Positions 12,094 to 25,348 of a DNA stretch of 64,000 nucleotides are shown one piece after another. The notes beneath the pieces were generated by a model. It did not search any database. It worked only from the letters and a program-made list of their open reading frames with translations, and was not told the origin of the DNA. Origin of the DNA: Squalus acanthias (taxonomy: Eukaryota); the NCBI GenBank assembly GCA_030390025.1, contig CM059430.1, positions 4,650,001 to 4,714,000 on the forward strand, written 5' to 3'. How positions within the stretch are numbered: the stretch's first letter is position 1; every line of letters starts with the position of its first letter. The translations under genes and the position numbers were made by a program.

Positions 12094-12241
12094 CAGGGGC
12101 CGTGTTAGGACCGTGCAACTGTACAGGGCCCCAAGCCGGTCAGTGGGCCCGAGCGGATTCAGAGATAAGTTTGTCAAGTTAAACGTAAGGGCCCCAAACT
12201 GAACCTTTGCACCGGGCGCGCGCAAGGCAAATGCCCCCCTG
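12094..12241. mobile_element. 148-bp hAT-superfamily MITE
   Basis: Termini CAGGGG...CCCCTG and a perfect 8-bp TSD ACAGTAAT (12086-12093, 12242-12249), which is characteristic of hAT. Confidence 0.88.
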
Positions 12242-15200
12242 ACAGTAATTAGCCTGATTATTTTAAAATCCGTCTATCATTTTAGAAATTTAGCTCACAG
12301 ACTGAAAGACTTTGTTTGAGATACAACAAAACTAAAGGCAAAATGCGTAGCCAATGAAATAATCCAGCTAAGAATAAAAATATAAATAATCCATATTTAT
12401 GATTTCCAAGAAAAATAGTATTCTCTCTGGAAGATTTTTTTTTTTAAACGCTAAAATTCTAACATTCACAGTCATGTCACCTTTACAAAAACCTGATTTA
12501 TTGTCTTCTGAATACAGAAAAATACAATCTAGGGACTGAATGCTTCTTTTGTTTAATCAAAGAAAAAAATCCAAATCATTTACTACAAGCAATTTCACAT
12601 GCTGTGATAATGAAGTATAAAAACCTTTAGTATCATTCAAAGGACGAATTTCCTACATTACTTAGTACCAGCCAAGTTCTTTGTGCAGCCCTGCAGCCAC
12701 ACACATTCCATGTCTCACTCAAACAAAAGACATACAAATTCATTAAACTATTTAATTACGTGTCTTTATTTTTCTCCATTAGCAATCCTTGCCAGTACAA
12801 AGTAAATAAAAGCTGCCTAGTTTCTTGAGCAACAGCAGTGACTGAGGTTTTTATTCAATTTGCAATAAAGGCCCTTTTTTCTCTTGGCCAGTTTCCTACA
12901 AGCCCTGCAAATGGGAGCATTCAACTGTACACACAGAGCAAGAATCTAAAACAGCAGCAGCACTCGGCATGGCAGGCACATACCATGCAAGCATTAAAGC
13001 TACCAGCGCCAATAGTGGCAGAAAAGTGCTTCAGCTACAAACAGAAAGGATATTAGCTTTTTTCCTAGTAAATTTGATTTTTACATCTATTTCTTTTCAG
13101 AAGGGTTGTTATTGAGCTTAGTGTCCACAAATGCCATTGATCTGCCTGTGACTCAATCTATACACTCTTACTTTGACAGAAGCTCAGCATGTAAGCAATA
13201 CAAATCCTAGTTAGGCTACAAACTTATTGATTTTATAGATTTCTCCCAAAGTTGTGATAATGATATATCATTGTTAAATTTGGTAGAACAAACTGCTTTT
13301 CCAATCTGTCAATGCAAGCATGAAAACCAATTCACAGCCTTGTTTAGAGATTTTCCTTCAGTAGGATAACTACTGCAAGCGGAAACAGATCGCCAATATT
13401 CAGCTGGTGGCAGCCGCTTGATGGATGACACCTTGTCTGATGCCCCTTTCCGATCTACAGTGTGTTATGTCACATGGAGTTTTACTCACTGCCAATAATC
13501 ATCAATTCAACTTTTCATAATCTTTTCTTCAGCAATTTAAATTTTATATGCACCCACATGCCTTTTATTTTTCCGTTCTGTGTGTGTTTTATTCTAAAAA
13601 TGAATGCTGAAGGACGAAGGTAGTTATTCAATGTTAATTACAGACTTGCGAAGCAAAAATAACACACACTATTTTGAGGTTTTATTCAGTCATTCTATTA
13701 TATAAAATATTGGTCATTTACTCCACTCATACATCAGAGCGGTTCTTAGGATTGTATGTTGTAGGTTTTACAAGGCATACAATAACTTGCAGCTAAAGTT
13801 GCTCCTGATTTTTTTTTTCCCTAGGAATCAGGCACATGTGTTCTTGCACACTTCACAGCATCTGAGTGCACAATTAATTTTATGGTGGATGAGTTTTCTT
13901 TTTCTGAAAATCTGTTCATAATTGTGCTGGCTGAATTTGCGGGAGCTTTCACAGAGAATGATGACTTCCCCCTCCTGGATTTGTTCTGCTCCTATGGGAG
14001 GTGCAATTTAGATAGTGCATTATCGATTTTTGCCATAATAGGTACAGAGGTACCTCTCTGGCCTGTTCAGTCTGCCCACTCTCAACATCAGGATTGTCAG
14101 CTGCTGTGAGGAAGCCTGTCATTATTTTTTTCAAGTAAATCCATCACAGAAAAAGGTGATGAAAATAAAATTATTTTCACCTTGCTACAGAGAAGAATGG
14201 CTGTGTCTACCACTGAAATTATTCTTAATGCCTTCTGGTAACAAAGTAGAGGGTAATCAGAAAACAGAAGGAAATGGTTCGTGAAGGATAATTTACTTTT
14301 AATTTGCCTCAGCCACTCCTGTGATATATTTTTTTTGATGTCAAATAATAAAAGGTGCATTATTTTTCTTTAAAGGAATATTAATTAGGACAGCAATGTG
14401 GAACTTGACTAGTATATCACTTATATAAAAAAAAATGAAGACTAGCTTTACCAAGAAAAAATTTGAAATGGGATTTGTAAATTCAAACCCTTTCAAGTGG
14501 TAGCTTCAGAATGAAATGAGATCGTCAACAATTACTTGTGGAAAATAGGACATGCAAAAGTAAGGGCCTCGGGGCTTGTCAATCCTGACCCCTGGAAGAT
14601 TAGTGAGTCTGTTGAAGCTCATCTACTAAAGCCCAACCCAGGGGGAAAAAACTTGATACTTAAAAAGAAATGTTGCCTCATTACATTAAACCAGCAAGAG
14701 GCATTCAAAAGAGATTGTTTATAAAATTGTTTTAAAAAAGTCATCTGACTTTGTGTTTGTTAGACTTACGTACTAGTTAGTAGAGCACAGTTGTCTGTGT
14801 ACATCAAGGAAAACAAAGAAAGAAATGTCCTTAACTGTCACTTTTAATAAGAGGAGTCAACGTGCCTCTATTCAGGTTAAATATTGCCCTGTCACTTTTC
14901 AATTGAGTCAACAGATTTTTAAAAAAAGTCAAAGCATAGTGTATGCAAAAATCTGTCATAATGTGACAGATCGGGCCTCATTCAGCAACTTCTATTGTGA
15001 AATCTGAAAAGTAACTTTTCATAATCAGCAGTGACATCAAAAGAAGCATTTGCATGAAAACAATGAATTTTCTAATTTAATGAAAGCTTGCAGGTCTCCA
15101 TTGTAAAGTTTACAAAAACCTCATACATTTGCATTTTCAGACAGAATCATTTGGTAAAATATGGATTTATAACAGAACTGCCTTAGAATGAAGCTTCTTC

Positions 15201-17368
15201 ATGATTATGACATGCAGCAAGGTACAAAAAATTGAAAATTAAGTTGTGTTGTGACCTTTAATGAAATTCCTTGCATAACTTTGATTATAAAATGCAAAAC
15301 ATTTCACCAATAGCTGTAAAGCAATACAAAACATTAGTAAAGCACAGGCCAGGTGCATACCTCTGTTACGGTTGTGGTTTACATTAATGTCACTATTGTT
15401 GATCAAAGCAAACACATTTCTGACTAATTAACAAGGGTTGTGATATGAGCAGAATGCATCAAATATAAAAAGATGGGCAGCTTTGAATTATTTCAAACAC
15501 TAATAATTATCGATGTGGCAGTTGTGCGGAAAACACAAACTTTCTTTTTTCAAAATAGTGAGACAGGTTCAACGGTCAAAAAAGACAAACTACCAAATCA
15601 CAGTAGCCACATGGTCATGAAATTGATCTTTCCGAATGGTTGCTGAAAGGCTCAAATTAAATTTCAAAAACAGAAAACTTGTGGCAGATAATTCTTTGTG
15701 CAATGGCATTCTTACTGTACAGTCAGAATATAGCAAGCTTTATTTTTCCACTCATATTGTTGAACTGTTACTGTTGTATTAAAATGCCAAAAACAAACAG
15801 GACAAATCAAATTTCCATCTATTTACAATAAACTAGCAGTAGTTTTATTCTTGTCATTATCGTGTCTTTTTTTGTTCTGCTAAAGAGTCATATCCTTAAG
15901 GTCTCTCCACAAGCTAAATCATTTTTCCTGCTGGCCATCATGTCTGCAGGTGTTTTTTTTTAATTCAGTGCCCTCTTCTGATGGCGAGATTTATGTTTTT
16001 TGACCACTATTTCCTCAAGGTTTTTTACTGAACTTATTACAAAGAGCGCACTGTGTCAAATCATTCAAAATTTGAAATCCATCGATTTCATAACAGTAAT
16101 CACATAATATGCAAGTTCTGCCTTCAGATATTGTTCTTCTATTTGGTTTGTTAAAGGAAACCCAACCTTATTTGAAAAGATTGCAAATTTAAATGATTTA
16201 CCCATTTACCCATAAGCACAGTCCTTCAGTAAATGCTTTGAAGCAAGTGCAATCATATTGTGGAGAAATCCAATTCATTGCATTGTACCAGGAAAAAAAG
16301 GTAGGTTGGGGTCAGCATTACTCCATCATGTGAATTAATGGCCCACCAATGCAATGTATAGCCTGTACTTTTGCATATTTTCACAGAACTTTGTTTATGA
16401 AGAATACTTTTAAATTAAACAAAATATCACAACTGACAGAATTTTCATAAAAATTGCAAATGCAAACTGAATTTTTGCAGGTCAGTAAATGAGGTTTTTT
16501 AAGGTATGATTTGTTTCTGCAGCAAAACCGCAGAGTGCAAGTCGCCAATACGGACTATTACTAAAAAATGAACAAGAGGAAGCAGAGACGATAATGTTAC
16601 CCTGGTACAATGTCACAAACTGCAATTCTTCACAAAACTGCAACACTTCGCTCAGAATACAGAAAAGGAATGAGTTTGAGAAAATGACTCTGGTTGATTA
16701 TTTGATAAATTGGGTTGAGTTCTCCCAACACCTCCCCCTTTAAAGTCTATAGATTTCTCATCTGTTGTAGAAATAAAAAGAATGATTAAAGTCAAGTTAT
16801 GATCAACAATTAATAGATTTTTATAAACAGAGCAGATATTAGGACTGAGCTACAAGGAGTAAGAAAATCAATAGATTGAAATAGCATCACACATACTGAG
16901 AACAAAGTTTCGATGATTTATACACATTAATTAATTAATTCTAAGCCACTTTTAACTTCTTACAAGTAATTTTTTATGTTATGTTCATTTACTTTCAAAT
17001 CATCAAAACTGTTAATTCATAGTGACTTATCAATGATCAGAACCTCCAAAGATCCTTGTGGGCTGAACTCAGTGAACACTTTGATATTGATCATGTCATT
17101 GGCAGAACGTGGAGTGTTACAGGATTTTGTTTTGTAGCAAGTCAATAAGTTATTCACTAACATTTTACATTATATAACATGGAAATAGTATATAGCCAAC
17201 TGTGTAATCTGTTCCTTATTGTAAGAATGAGAAATACCACATATCTAGGTGCATTATACAGGTCTTCCTCACAAGCGAAATAAATTGGCGACGATATACA
17301 TATGATTGTGACAAATAATTATTTTGTAGTTGACCATTGACAAAATATTTTTGATATGAAAGCACAAT

Positions 17369-18083
17369 GGCCTGGAGTTTCCGCTCGGTTGCGCTGGTCT
17401 TTTTCAATGCAATTTGCCTGAAATTGGCCAAACCAGCACAAAAGATCAAGGAATTTCAAGTGCAAATTACACCCACCGCAAATCGAGTTTGCGCGATCTT
17501 TTACGCTAGTTTAAAAAACATCGTGCTAGAAGCTGGCCCCGCCCACAAAACTGGCCACACCCAAAGATCAAATTAATCACCATTGCGAGTTTCCATTAAT
17601 TGCGCTCGTTTGCGGGTCTTCGAGGGGGCTCTTAAAATTAAGCTTTTTTGTTTAGGTGCAAGGGCACTAATAGGTATGTTTTAAAAGCTTTTAATTTTTT
17701 TTTTATTTACTAAGAAACTGACTACTGTACACCAATATAACTAGTAAATGGTGCTGTGTAGTTTTTGAAAGTAATTTTCAATTTTTTAAATTGAGATACT
17801 CACAGGTGGTGGACTGGACACTCTAAAAATGCTTAATTTTTGTGATAAGCCCATTTTCAGTTGTATTAATAAAACTGCAGCAGGAATATTTTATAATGCA
17901 AAGATTTCTTTTTAAAATTGCATTCTAAAACGTTGCCTGATTAATACGCTGATCATGGAAGATTTTACATCAGTGATATGCAAATGATTTGAACAAAAAA
18001 AAAATCACTTCTGAAAACTAGTGCAATTTTGAGCGCAGTTTGCACCCGAATCGCTGACTGCGCCCACAGCGGAAACTCTGCCC
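17369..18083. mobile_element. Harbinger-type MITE
   Basis: Ends GGCCTGGAGTTTCCGCT / rc GGGCAGAGTTTCCGCT, flanks AAT/ATT, CpG-rich arms around an AT-rich core. Confidence 0.7.
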
Positions 18084-18385
18084 ATTGTTTAAATACTCAA
18101 TGCCTTGCACATTGACATCGTACTAGCCAAACCCTGGCTCCTTCATGTGCATCAACACATCAGTCAATAATCAAGGCTGAAATAAATGTGATTGTTTGCT
18201 TTATCATGGCAACAATGTCTCCTGTATTCTGACAAATACAAGTAACCAGATCAATGTGTACAGTATAGTACTGCATTCTATATTAGCTGGTTCAACGAAA
18301 AGTCTAAAATCAATTGTTTAATTTTTTGTGTTAAAATGATAACATCGATAGTCCTTTAAAATAGAAATAGTAATTTTAGTCATTT

Positions 18386-18613
18386 AAAAAAACAAGTGCT
18401 GGAAGAACTGAGCAGGTCACAGAGCATCTGTGGAGTGAGAAAGGTAGGGTTAACGTTTCAGGTCGATGGCCTATCATCAGATGGTTCTGACAAAAGGTCA
18501 TCGACCTGAAATGTTAACCCTACCTTGCTCGCTGCACAGATGCTGCCTGACCTGCTGAATGGTTCCAGCATTTTCTGTTTTAATTTCAGATTTCTAGAAC
18601 CGGCTGTATTTTG
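18386..18613. mobile_element. Palindromic (inverted) Penelope pLTR-derived element with two hammerhead-like motifs
   Basis: 13-bp TSD ATTTTAGTCATTT (18373-18385, 18614-18626). About 90-bp imperfect inverted arms centred at ~18483, homologous to the terminus of the Penelope element at 25300-25385. Confidence 0.85.
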
Positions 18614-21170
18614 ATTTTAGTCATTTGTTATTGTTCATAAAAATTAAATAAGGCATCATAATAGAAATAATATCTTCTCTCAGGTGAAAAGATCCTTGAT
18701 ATTCACACAGCGTAAATACACCAGCACCAGATATTTACCAAATATGGTCAAACATAGATGAGGCAATAAATTGTACAAGAATGAAAAATGCAATACATGC
18801 AATAAATATTACAAAGTACTAAAGTATTAGTGGATGATTGAGAATTGTTAGCAGTGGTTGATACAAAGGAATAGATAATAAGGTTTTACACAGTTGCTAA
18901 AGAAACTGATCACAGAATACTAGTCTACATCACACACATTGCCGCAGTATACTATTTTGTTTGGCTCCCAAAGACACTATCGAGAGAGGGTGCACAGTAC
19001 ATGATGTTCTCGATTAATCATATATCTTGCTGAAAATGCAGAAGGAAATTGCAAAATCAGCAAAATATTTTTGGAGACCAATTCAACGTTAAGTACACAA
19101 CAACCAATGCAAACCGATCTCTTCTGGAGAAAGTGTGAAGGAACCAGAGGCAATCAAAAGCTCTCAATATCTTAACTAAAGTATGCTGTATTATTGCACA
19201 AACCAGCATCTTATCTTATTTATAGTTTTACTTGAGTGCATTTTTAGTGAATTGACCCTGCAGAATTTTAAACTGATTTTTACCAGATGTCAATGTCAGA
19301 TGAAGTACAAGCAGATTTAAAGGCAACTTTGGATAGTTAAAGGTTTTCATATCAACTATTAAATTGTGGTAGCGATTTCCAGCACATACTTTTATTTCAC
19401 TTTAAATTTACTAAACTAGTTGTATCTAAGCTCAAGTCAGCTAACAAACTGTGTCAAAATATTAAATATGTTGAACGTATGATAATGAAAACAAATGGAG
19501 TGATACTGTAAGACATCTTGACCAAGAAAGTATTCAGGCTGTAAAGAGCACTTAATAAGGAAACATTTGATTTTAATTTATATGTTCTAGGTTTCTTTGA
19601 TGTCACTCCCAGGCGAAGGTTATGGACCTCAACTAAAACAATCTTCAGTCTCAAAATACTTTAAATTGGAGCAATAATTCAACTACAAACTTTGCCCATA
19701 CTAATAAACCTACATACTAATCTTCCTCGATAGGATCCATAATTAGTGCTAAATATCATAAATACATTAATAGAAATCTGCACGCTTCCATTCTACTTTT
19801 ACTAACAATGTGAGTAAGACTAATGGCACTCAGCATCTTCTTTAACGACAGAACGAGCTATTCCTGTAGTTCAACCGTTACCTAAAATCTCAGTTTTCCC
19901 CTAGGTTAAACCCATCTGGACAAATTTGAGTGCAATTTGTATTTTGTTTTGGACTAGATAATATTTATCTTACCATTTCACCGTAAGAGAAATAATAAGC
20001 AAGACAAAAAGAGCACAGGTTAAGAATAATCTTGGTTTATAATTAAGTTCCTTTGGTTTTAATGTTTCAGCTGTGAACTCTCTGATGGGTCTCCCTTCAA
20101 ATAACCATTTGAAGAACTGAAGGGCAACCCAGTAATTATTCACAAATAGGTTCCATGGGCCTGCAGTATGCATACGAAATCTCACACTTTAAATTATGTT
20201 ACTGTTCATCTATGGGCCCCACCTGTTGGAACTCTTTCTATATAAGATCTGAAATTGTAGGAATAATCAGCTTGAACTATATGTTGGCTGTGTTTCAGGC
20301 AGTGGAATTGCTGACCAACTTACTATGCTACATGCCCAAAATATTTCTAGATTTTATACAACTTGATTGGGGAGAGCAGGGTGAGAACATCCTGGAAAAA
20401 GGTCAATCAGGAAGCTAATTTTGTACAATCAGTCATGGGACAGTGATGTGTTAGTTATAATAATTGTAGTGTAAAAACTGCATTAATAACAAGAACTGAT
20501 TGGAGTGACACACAACAGGGAGGGTTGAACTGCTTTGCAGGGATTCACTCAATTGCAACATTGAGGGCATTATTTCATTCTTAAGGTCCAAGTCAAAAAA
20601 AAAATCGCCTAATATATTTATGTTTCTGATAATATGTACAGTGCTCTTTCCAGCAAATGTAAAGGGCACAGTGGTATCCGGGAGAGTAGCACAGATATAG
20701 GAATAGAGCACATGTGCAAGAATCTTGCATAACGGGGCGAGGGTTGAATTTTTAGAATGGGATATGTGCCTTTAAATTAAAATAGAAAGTTCCATACTTG
20801 CTCATTTTATACAGACCCTACTATTTCCTGGCAATTAGCTGTTGATTATTAGTCATTTAACTTGCAGTAATTATGTCACAGTGATTAATAATTCAGTGCA
20901 AAGTCACATTTCAGGATTTTTTGATTATTTTGCCACAGAAACGATTTAGAAAAGAGTTACATGTAAAAGTTCAGTTTTTAAATAAAAGTGTATTCACACA
21001 AGTTATTAAAAAGGCACTGAGATGATAAGTGGCTAAAATGTTTATGATTTAAAGTATTTTGGGACTGAAAATTGTTTTAGTTGAGGTCCATAACTTTAGC
21101 ATGGGAGTGATTAATTGTGAAAATGTAATTTGCATATCAAAGAAGCTTAGAACATATAAATGAAAATAAA

Positions 21171-22200
21171 GGGCTAGAAATTCATATAGCCCAAGAATGG
21201 GCAGTATCTTTAGAAAAGTTTGAGAATTAGCGCCAGGCGCTAATGCTTTAGACTGCACGCAAAATTCATTCTCACCTCTCAAAGAAATGATTGGAGCGCT
21301 AAATCAAGTCTTAAAGGCCTATCTCAGTGGTGTTACACTCAAAGGGTGGACCAATATCGGGTGCAGTCTAATCACAACTCATCATTGCCACAGTCTTTTC
21401 CCAGTACTTAAAGGGGAGGTTCATTGATATTGCAGCACCTCATTCTCAGCATTGCTGGCTGTGCAGCTGCCTCAGCAAGGAGAAGCACAACAAGGAGAAG
21501 GAGCCGGAGGACTAAAGCAGGTGTGCTCATGGCAGATCCACCTCAGTCGGGTGGTCAGGGTGAATGAATGCTTCAACAAATGCTACATACCACCATCTGC
21601 ACCACAAGCTTCACACACTGCCCAAAGCACCACACCCCAGCGCTCACCCACCAACAATCTCTACCTACCAATACTCACACCCACATCTCACGCCTTGCAC
21701 ACAATGACAGCTATTCAACTGTGGCAGGCACAAGGGTCATTAGTTATTAGCATGAATGTGATGTGTGATATGTTTATGCATAAATTTATTAATGGAGTTT
21801 GCAATATTTTGTGGTCTCTCTCATTTCACCTTTGCACTCAGGAGGACACTGTGATATGGCATGACACAGGGATGGTATGATGAGCATGTGGTGAGAAAAA
21901 AGATCTGGGGTTTAAGTCATCCTGGTGTGAGGCTGAGGTCTGTTTGGAGGAGGTGGCAGAGTTCTGTGACCACCACCATGGTGATGAGGAGCCATCTAAC
22001 GCACTGCTCCTCACTTAATTGAAGGTAAGAGAAGTGCTGTCGGAATATCCTTGGAGGGTAAGGCCTCCTGGTGAGAGCCCTGATGTCCCTCCTCATCCCT
22101 CTGTGCACATGTTCCCCTATTTCTCGCTGCCTACGCTCCATCCACTGTAGATCCTGGAGGGCGAGGTGGCATACCAGTACAGGAGGAACTGACGCAAATC
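21171..22200. mobile_element. Decayed PIF/Harbinger element (left TIR plus transposase remnant), truncated by CR1
   Basis: Left end GGGCTAGAAATTC. Shares GCGCCAGGCGCTAATG and TGGAGCGCTAAATCAAG with the 7914 MITE and contains a HARBI1-like ORF remnant. Confidence 0.75.
21917..22141 (-). pseudogene. Harbinger (HARBI1-like) transposase N-terminal remnant
   Basis: RRPYPPRIFRQHFSYLQLSEEQCVRWLLITMVVVTELCHLLQTDL resembles the N-terminal region of HARBI1-like nucleases. The DDE domain is absent. Confidence 0.8.
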
Positions 22201-22204
22201 AATA

Positions 22205-22593
22205 TCTCTAAGGATATGGTGTTAAGGAAGCTAAAGGGATTGAAGGCGGACAAATCCCCAGGGCCTGATAACATGCATCCTAGGGTACTGAAGGAGGTGG
22301 CCCTAGAGATAGCGGATGCACTAAGTATGATTTTTCAGAATTCATTAGACTCGGGAACAGTGCCCATGGGTTGGAGGGTAGCTAACGTTACCCCACTATT
22401 CAAAAAGGGGGGTAGGGAAAAAGCAGGTAATTACAGACCTGTAAGCCTTACATCAGTTGTGGGCAAAATGCTGGAGTCCATCATTAAGGATGAAATAGCG
22501 GAGCACTTAGCAAATGGGGACAGGATAGGACAGAGTCAACATGGATTTACAAAGGGTAAATCGTGCTTGACTAATCTATTGGAATTTTTTGAG
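22205..22593 (+). mobile_element. CR1 LINE internal RT fragment
   Basis: LKGLKADKSPGPDNMHPRVLKE..WRVANVTPLFKKG..GNYRPVSLTSVVGKMLE..SQHGFTKGKSCLTNLLEFFE are canonical CR1 RT N-terminal motifs. Confidence 0.95.
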
Positions 22594-23018
22594 GGCATAG
22601 TGGTTAGCACTGGTGCCTCACAGCGCCAGAGACCCGGGTTCGAATCTGACCTCGGGTGACTGTCTGAGTGGAGTTTGCACATTCTCCCCGTGTCTGCGTG
22701 GGTTTCCTCCGGGTGCTCCGGTTTCCTCCCACAGTCCAAAAATGTGTGGGTTAGGTTGATTTGGCTATGATAAATTGACCCTTAGTGTTAGGGGGGATTA
22801 AATATGTGGGGTTATGGGGATAGGATGGGATATGTTAAGGGGAATTAAATACGTGGGGTTACGGGGGTAGGGTGGGATATGTGTACTGTGGGGATTAAAG
22901 CAGGGACAGGGTACTGGATTTGGATGATCAGCCATGATCGTATTGAATGGCGGAGCAGGCTCGACGGGCCGAATGGCCTACTCCTGCTCCTAGATTCTAT
23001 GTCTATGTTTCTATGTTT
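22594..23018 (+). mobile_element. HE1-like V-SINE (tRNA head, V-domain, CR1-derived tail)
   Basis: A box TAGTGGTTAGC, B box GGTTCGAATC (22637-22646), V-domain GTGGAGTTTGCACATTCTCCCCGTGTCTGCGTGGGTTTCCTCCGGGTGCTCCGGTTTCCTCCCACAGTCCAAA, and a 3' tail nearly identical to the CR1 tails at ~30085 and ~37205. Confidence 0.92.
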
Positions 23019-23689
23019 CATTGTATCCTTTACCTTTATCATATTAAAAACTTAATATTTGAAAGCACTTTCCTGTCTACAAAACTTTACTCCCTGTTTG
23101 CATGTTTTTGTCAAACATTTGCGTCAATGTCTTCCATTATAAGTTGCTATGTCCACATATATAATGGAAACTGCCTATATAAACTTATCACGCTGTAATT
23201 ACACTCTCCCACCAGAGTGAAGCAGCTCAGTTTTACATCTCAATTACTCGGCTTGTACTGCAGAGAAACTCATTTGGTCCATCCAATTCTACTTCCCCAC
23301 TTCCCAAATAATCTTCAGTTTTGCTACTTAACTATGAATAATAATAATATAAAATAGAAGTATTGTATAAAATGAGAGAACGTATGACTGTAAGAAAGGG
23401 ACGGTACGCCCTGGTCCAAGTATCCCCCATTCTCTAGCATTGCTTCACCTGAAGACTCTGCTTGGTCATGAATCCCTGGAGATTTTATATGTACATTACA
23501 TTATCTACATTACATTATTTAACCCAGTTCTGGCATCGTCACTCTGCATTAATGCCATGAAGCATCCTGGCTATTTATGTCAACAGCCTCAGCCTTCACA
23601 ACCACTTGTGTGGTGCCTTTAATGTAATAAAACTGGAGAACAACAAATACAGGAAGAAGAATTAGGGGAATTGACGGAAAACAAGATTG

Positions 23690-23950
23690 AACAGATAGAC
23701 ATTGATCAGGCTTTTGAAGCAGGGGAAAAGAAGTCACAAAGTGGAGAGGCAGAGTGAAATGTTCCACAGTGTGGGGTTGAAAGGCTGATAGCCTTCCAAT
23801 TGAAATACAGAAAAGAGAAGGGAGAATGAAAAGGAGGCCAGAATCAGAAGGGCGGAGGGCATGTACAGGAACATAGGCCTGCAGAGGTAGGAGGGGCCAA
23901 GGCTCTGTAGGGATTTATAGATAAGGACAAGGAGATTGAAATTGATGAGT
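23690..23950 (-). mobile_element. Old L2 LINE 3' fragment
   Basis: ORF 23734..23988 contains INFNLLVLIYKSLQSLGPSYL..PTLWN, an L2 ORF2 C-terminal pattern, and resembles 7300-7520. Confidence 0.65.
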
Positions 23951-25348
23951 AGAAAATAAATCAAAATATAATCACCCACAAACTTCACAGCATATATGTG
24001 TTAAAAAATAGCTATGTGGAGTGATTACCAAGTAGTCGTCTCATTTCAGGACTCTAACAACAGTTATAAAATGATCAAGGTTCACTCACAATGTAGATAA
24101 TCATCCGTATTCCTTGATGAGATTACCAGCTTAACGAATTATCTCTGGGTAAAGAAGTTTCGCTTGCATTTATCTAGCACCTTGTGATGTCACTTAGAGC
24201 ACCTCACATACAACTCTGAAGTTCAGTGACTCTTTTGTCGGCAAAGCCTGGCTTTCGTTCATCAAATGGGTTGGTATTCGGAGAGAAGTAGGAGGGAGAA
24301 GCATGGGAGGAGAGGAGGATCAGAAGCATGGAATTGGAGGAAAACAACATTATTTTGTTCACACTATGGTCTTATTTTATCGACATATTATTTTCACTGT
24401 CAAGAATAAAGCAGCAAAACATGTTCCATAAGCCGTGGACAGGCAAGTGAGCAATGATGATCTTTTGCACAATAAGGTCCAAATTCACAATTATTAGAGT
24501 TAGCACAGAATTTATTCCAGCATGAGAATTTAGTAATTCATGCAAATTATCAAGATCTTCCTAACTTGTGCAATAAATTCTTTTTTCCTCAAGTATTCTC
24601 TTTATTCTTTACATTCTATTTCATTATTTACAAAAGAATTCGTTCATTTTAAAAGTTCCTTTCATTTAATTATGGTAGGGTAGGAGTGTTAAGCATGCGG
24701 AGTTCTTTATTATTTACTCCCATAATCATGTAAACCAGCTTTCCTCTCTCCTCAAAGATATTTGGTTGCTGTACTGAAAATTAAAAGGGAATTTAGGTTA
24801 AACTATTTAGACTGTTGGACTCCCACAGGGGAGGAGTAAAACAATTAGCTCCATGACTGAGCAGCTTTTATTTTTTAATTAAACAAATGTTCGTTCATAA
24901 AATGGGTTGATTGCAGGGCGAGTTGGTGTAAGTGAGTACAGCACAGCAAAGTGGTAGGGTAAGGGTTTGCAGCTGTGATCCTTTACATAGTGAGCTCACA
25001 ATGCTGGATAAGCCATCTGGAGAGATTATCCAAGAAGGGGCAGGGAGGGGGGAAGAGAAGAAGAAAAAATGGAAGAAGGATGTAACAAATTGAGCTACTT
25101 TGCGTGTCTGTGAGTAGCCAGTTATAGAGTGATATTTGTAAAGATCAGGGAGCGGGTCACCTGCAGAGGAATGCTGTACCACAGGATGACCTAAAGAACA
25201 GAACAAGAATTGCATTTGACAACGAGGAAAACAAGCTTAAAACATAACGCAGTTGTTGCAAAATATTGTTACTGACGCCACTGCCATATTGATTATAAAA
25301 TAAAAACAGAAAATGCTGGAAATACTCATCTGTGGAGAGAGAAACAGA

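Noticed and set aside
13825-14134. Possible exon (plus-strand acceptor TTTTTTTTTCCCTAG at ~13824; ORFs 13882..14109 and 13949..14134)
   Set aside because: No convincing matching donor and no recognisable protein similarity.
10440-22141. Domesticated HARBI1/NAIF1-like gene pair
   Set aside because: The two remnants are in different elements 11 kb apart, both are truncated or interrupted by stops, and no DDE domain is present.
22594-22660. tRNA gene
   Set aside because: The A and B boxes continue into a V-domain and LINE tail, so this is a SINE head without a complete cloverleaf.
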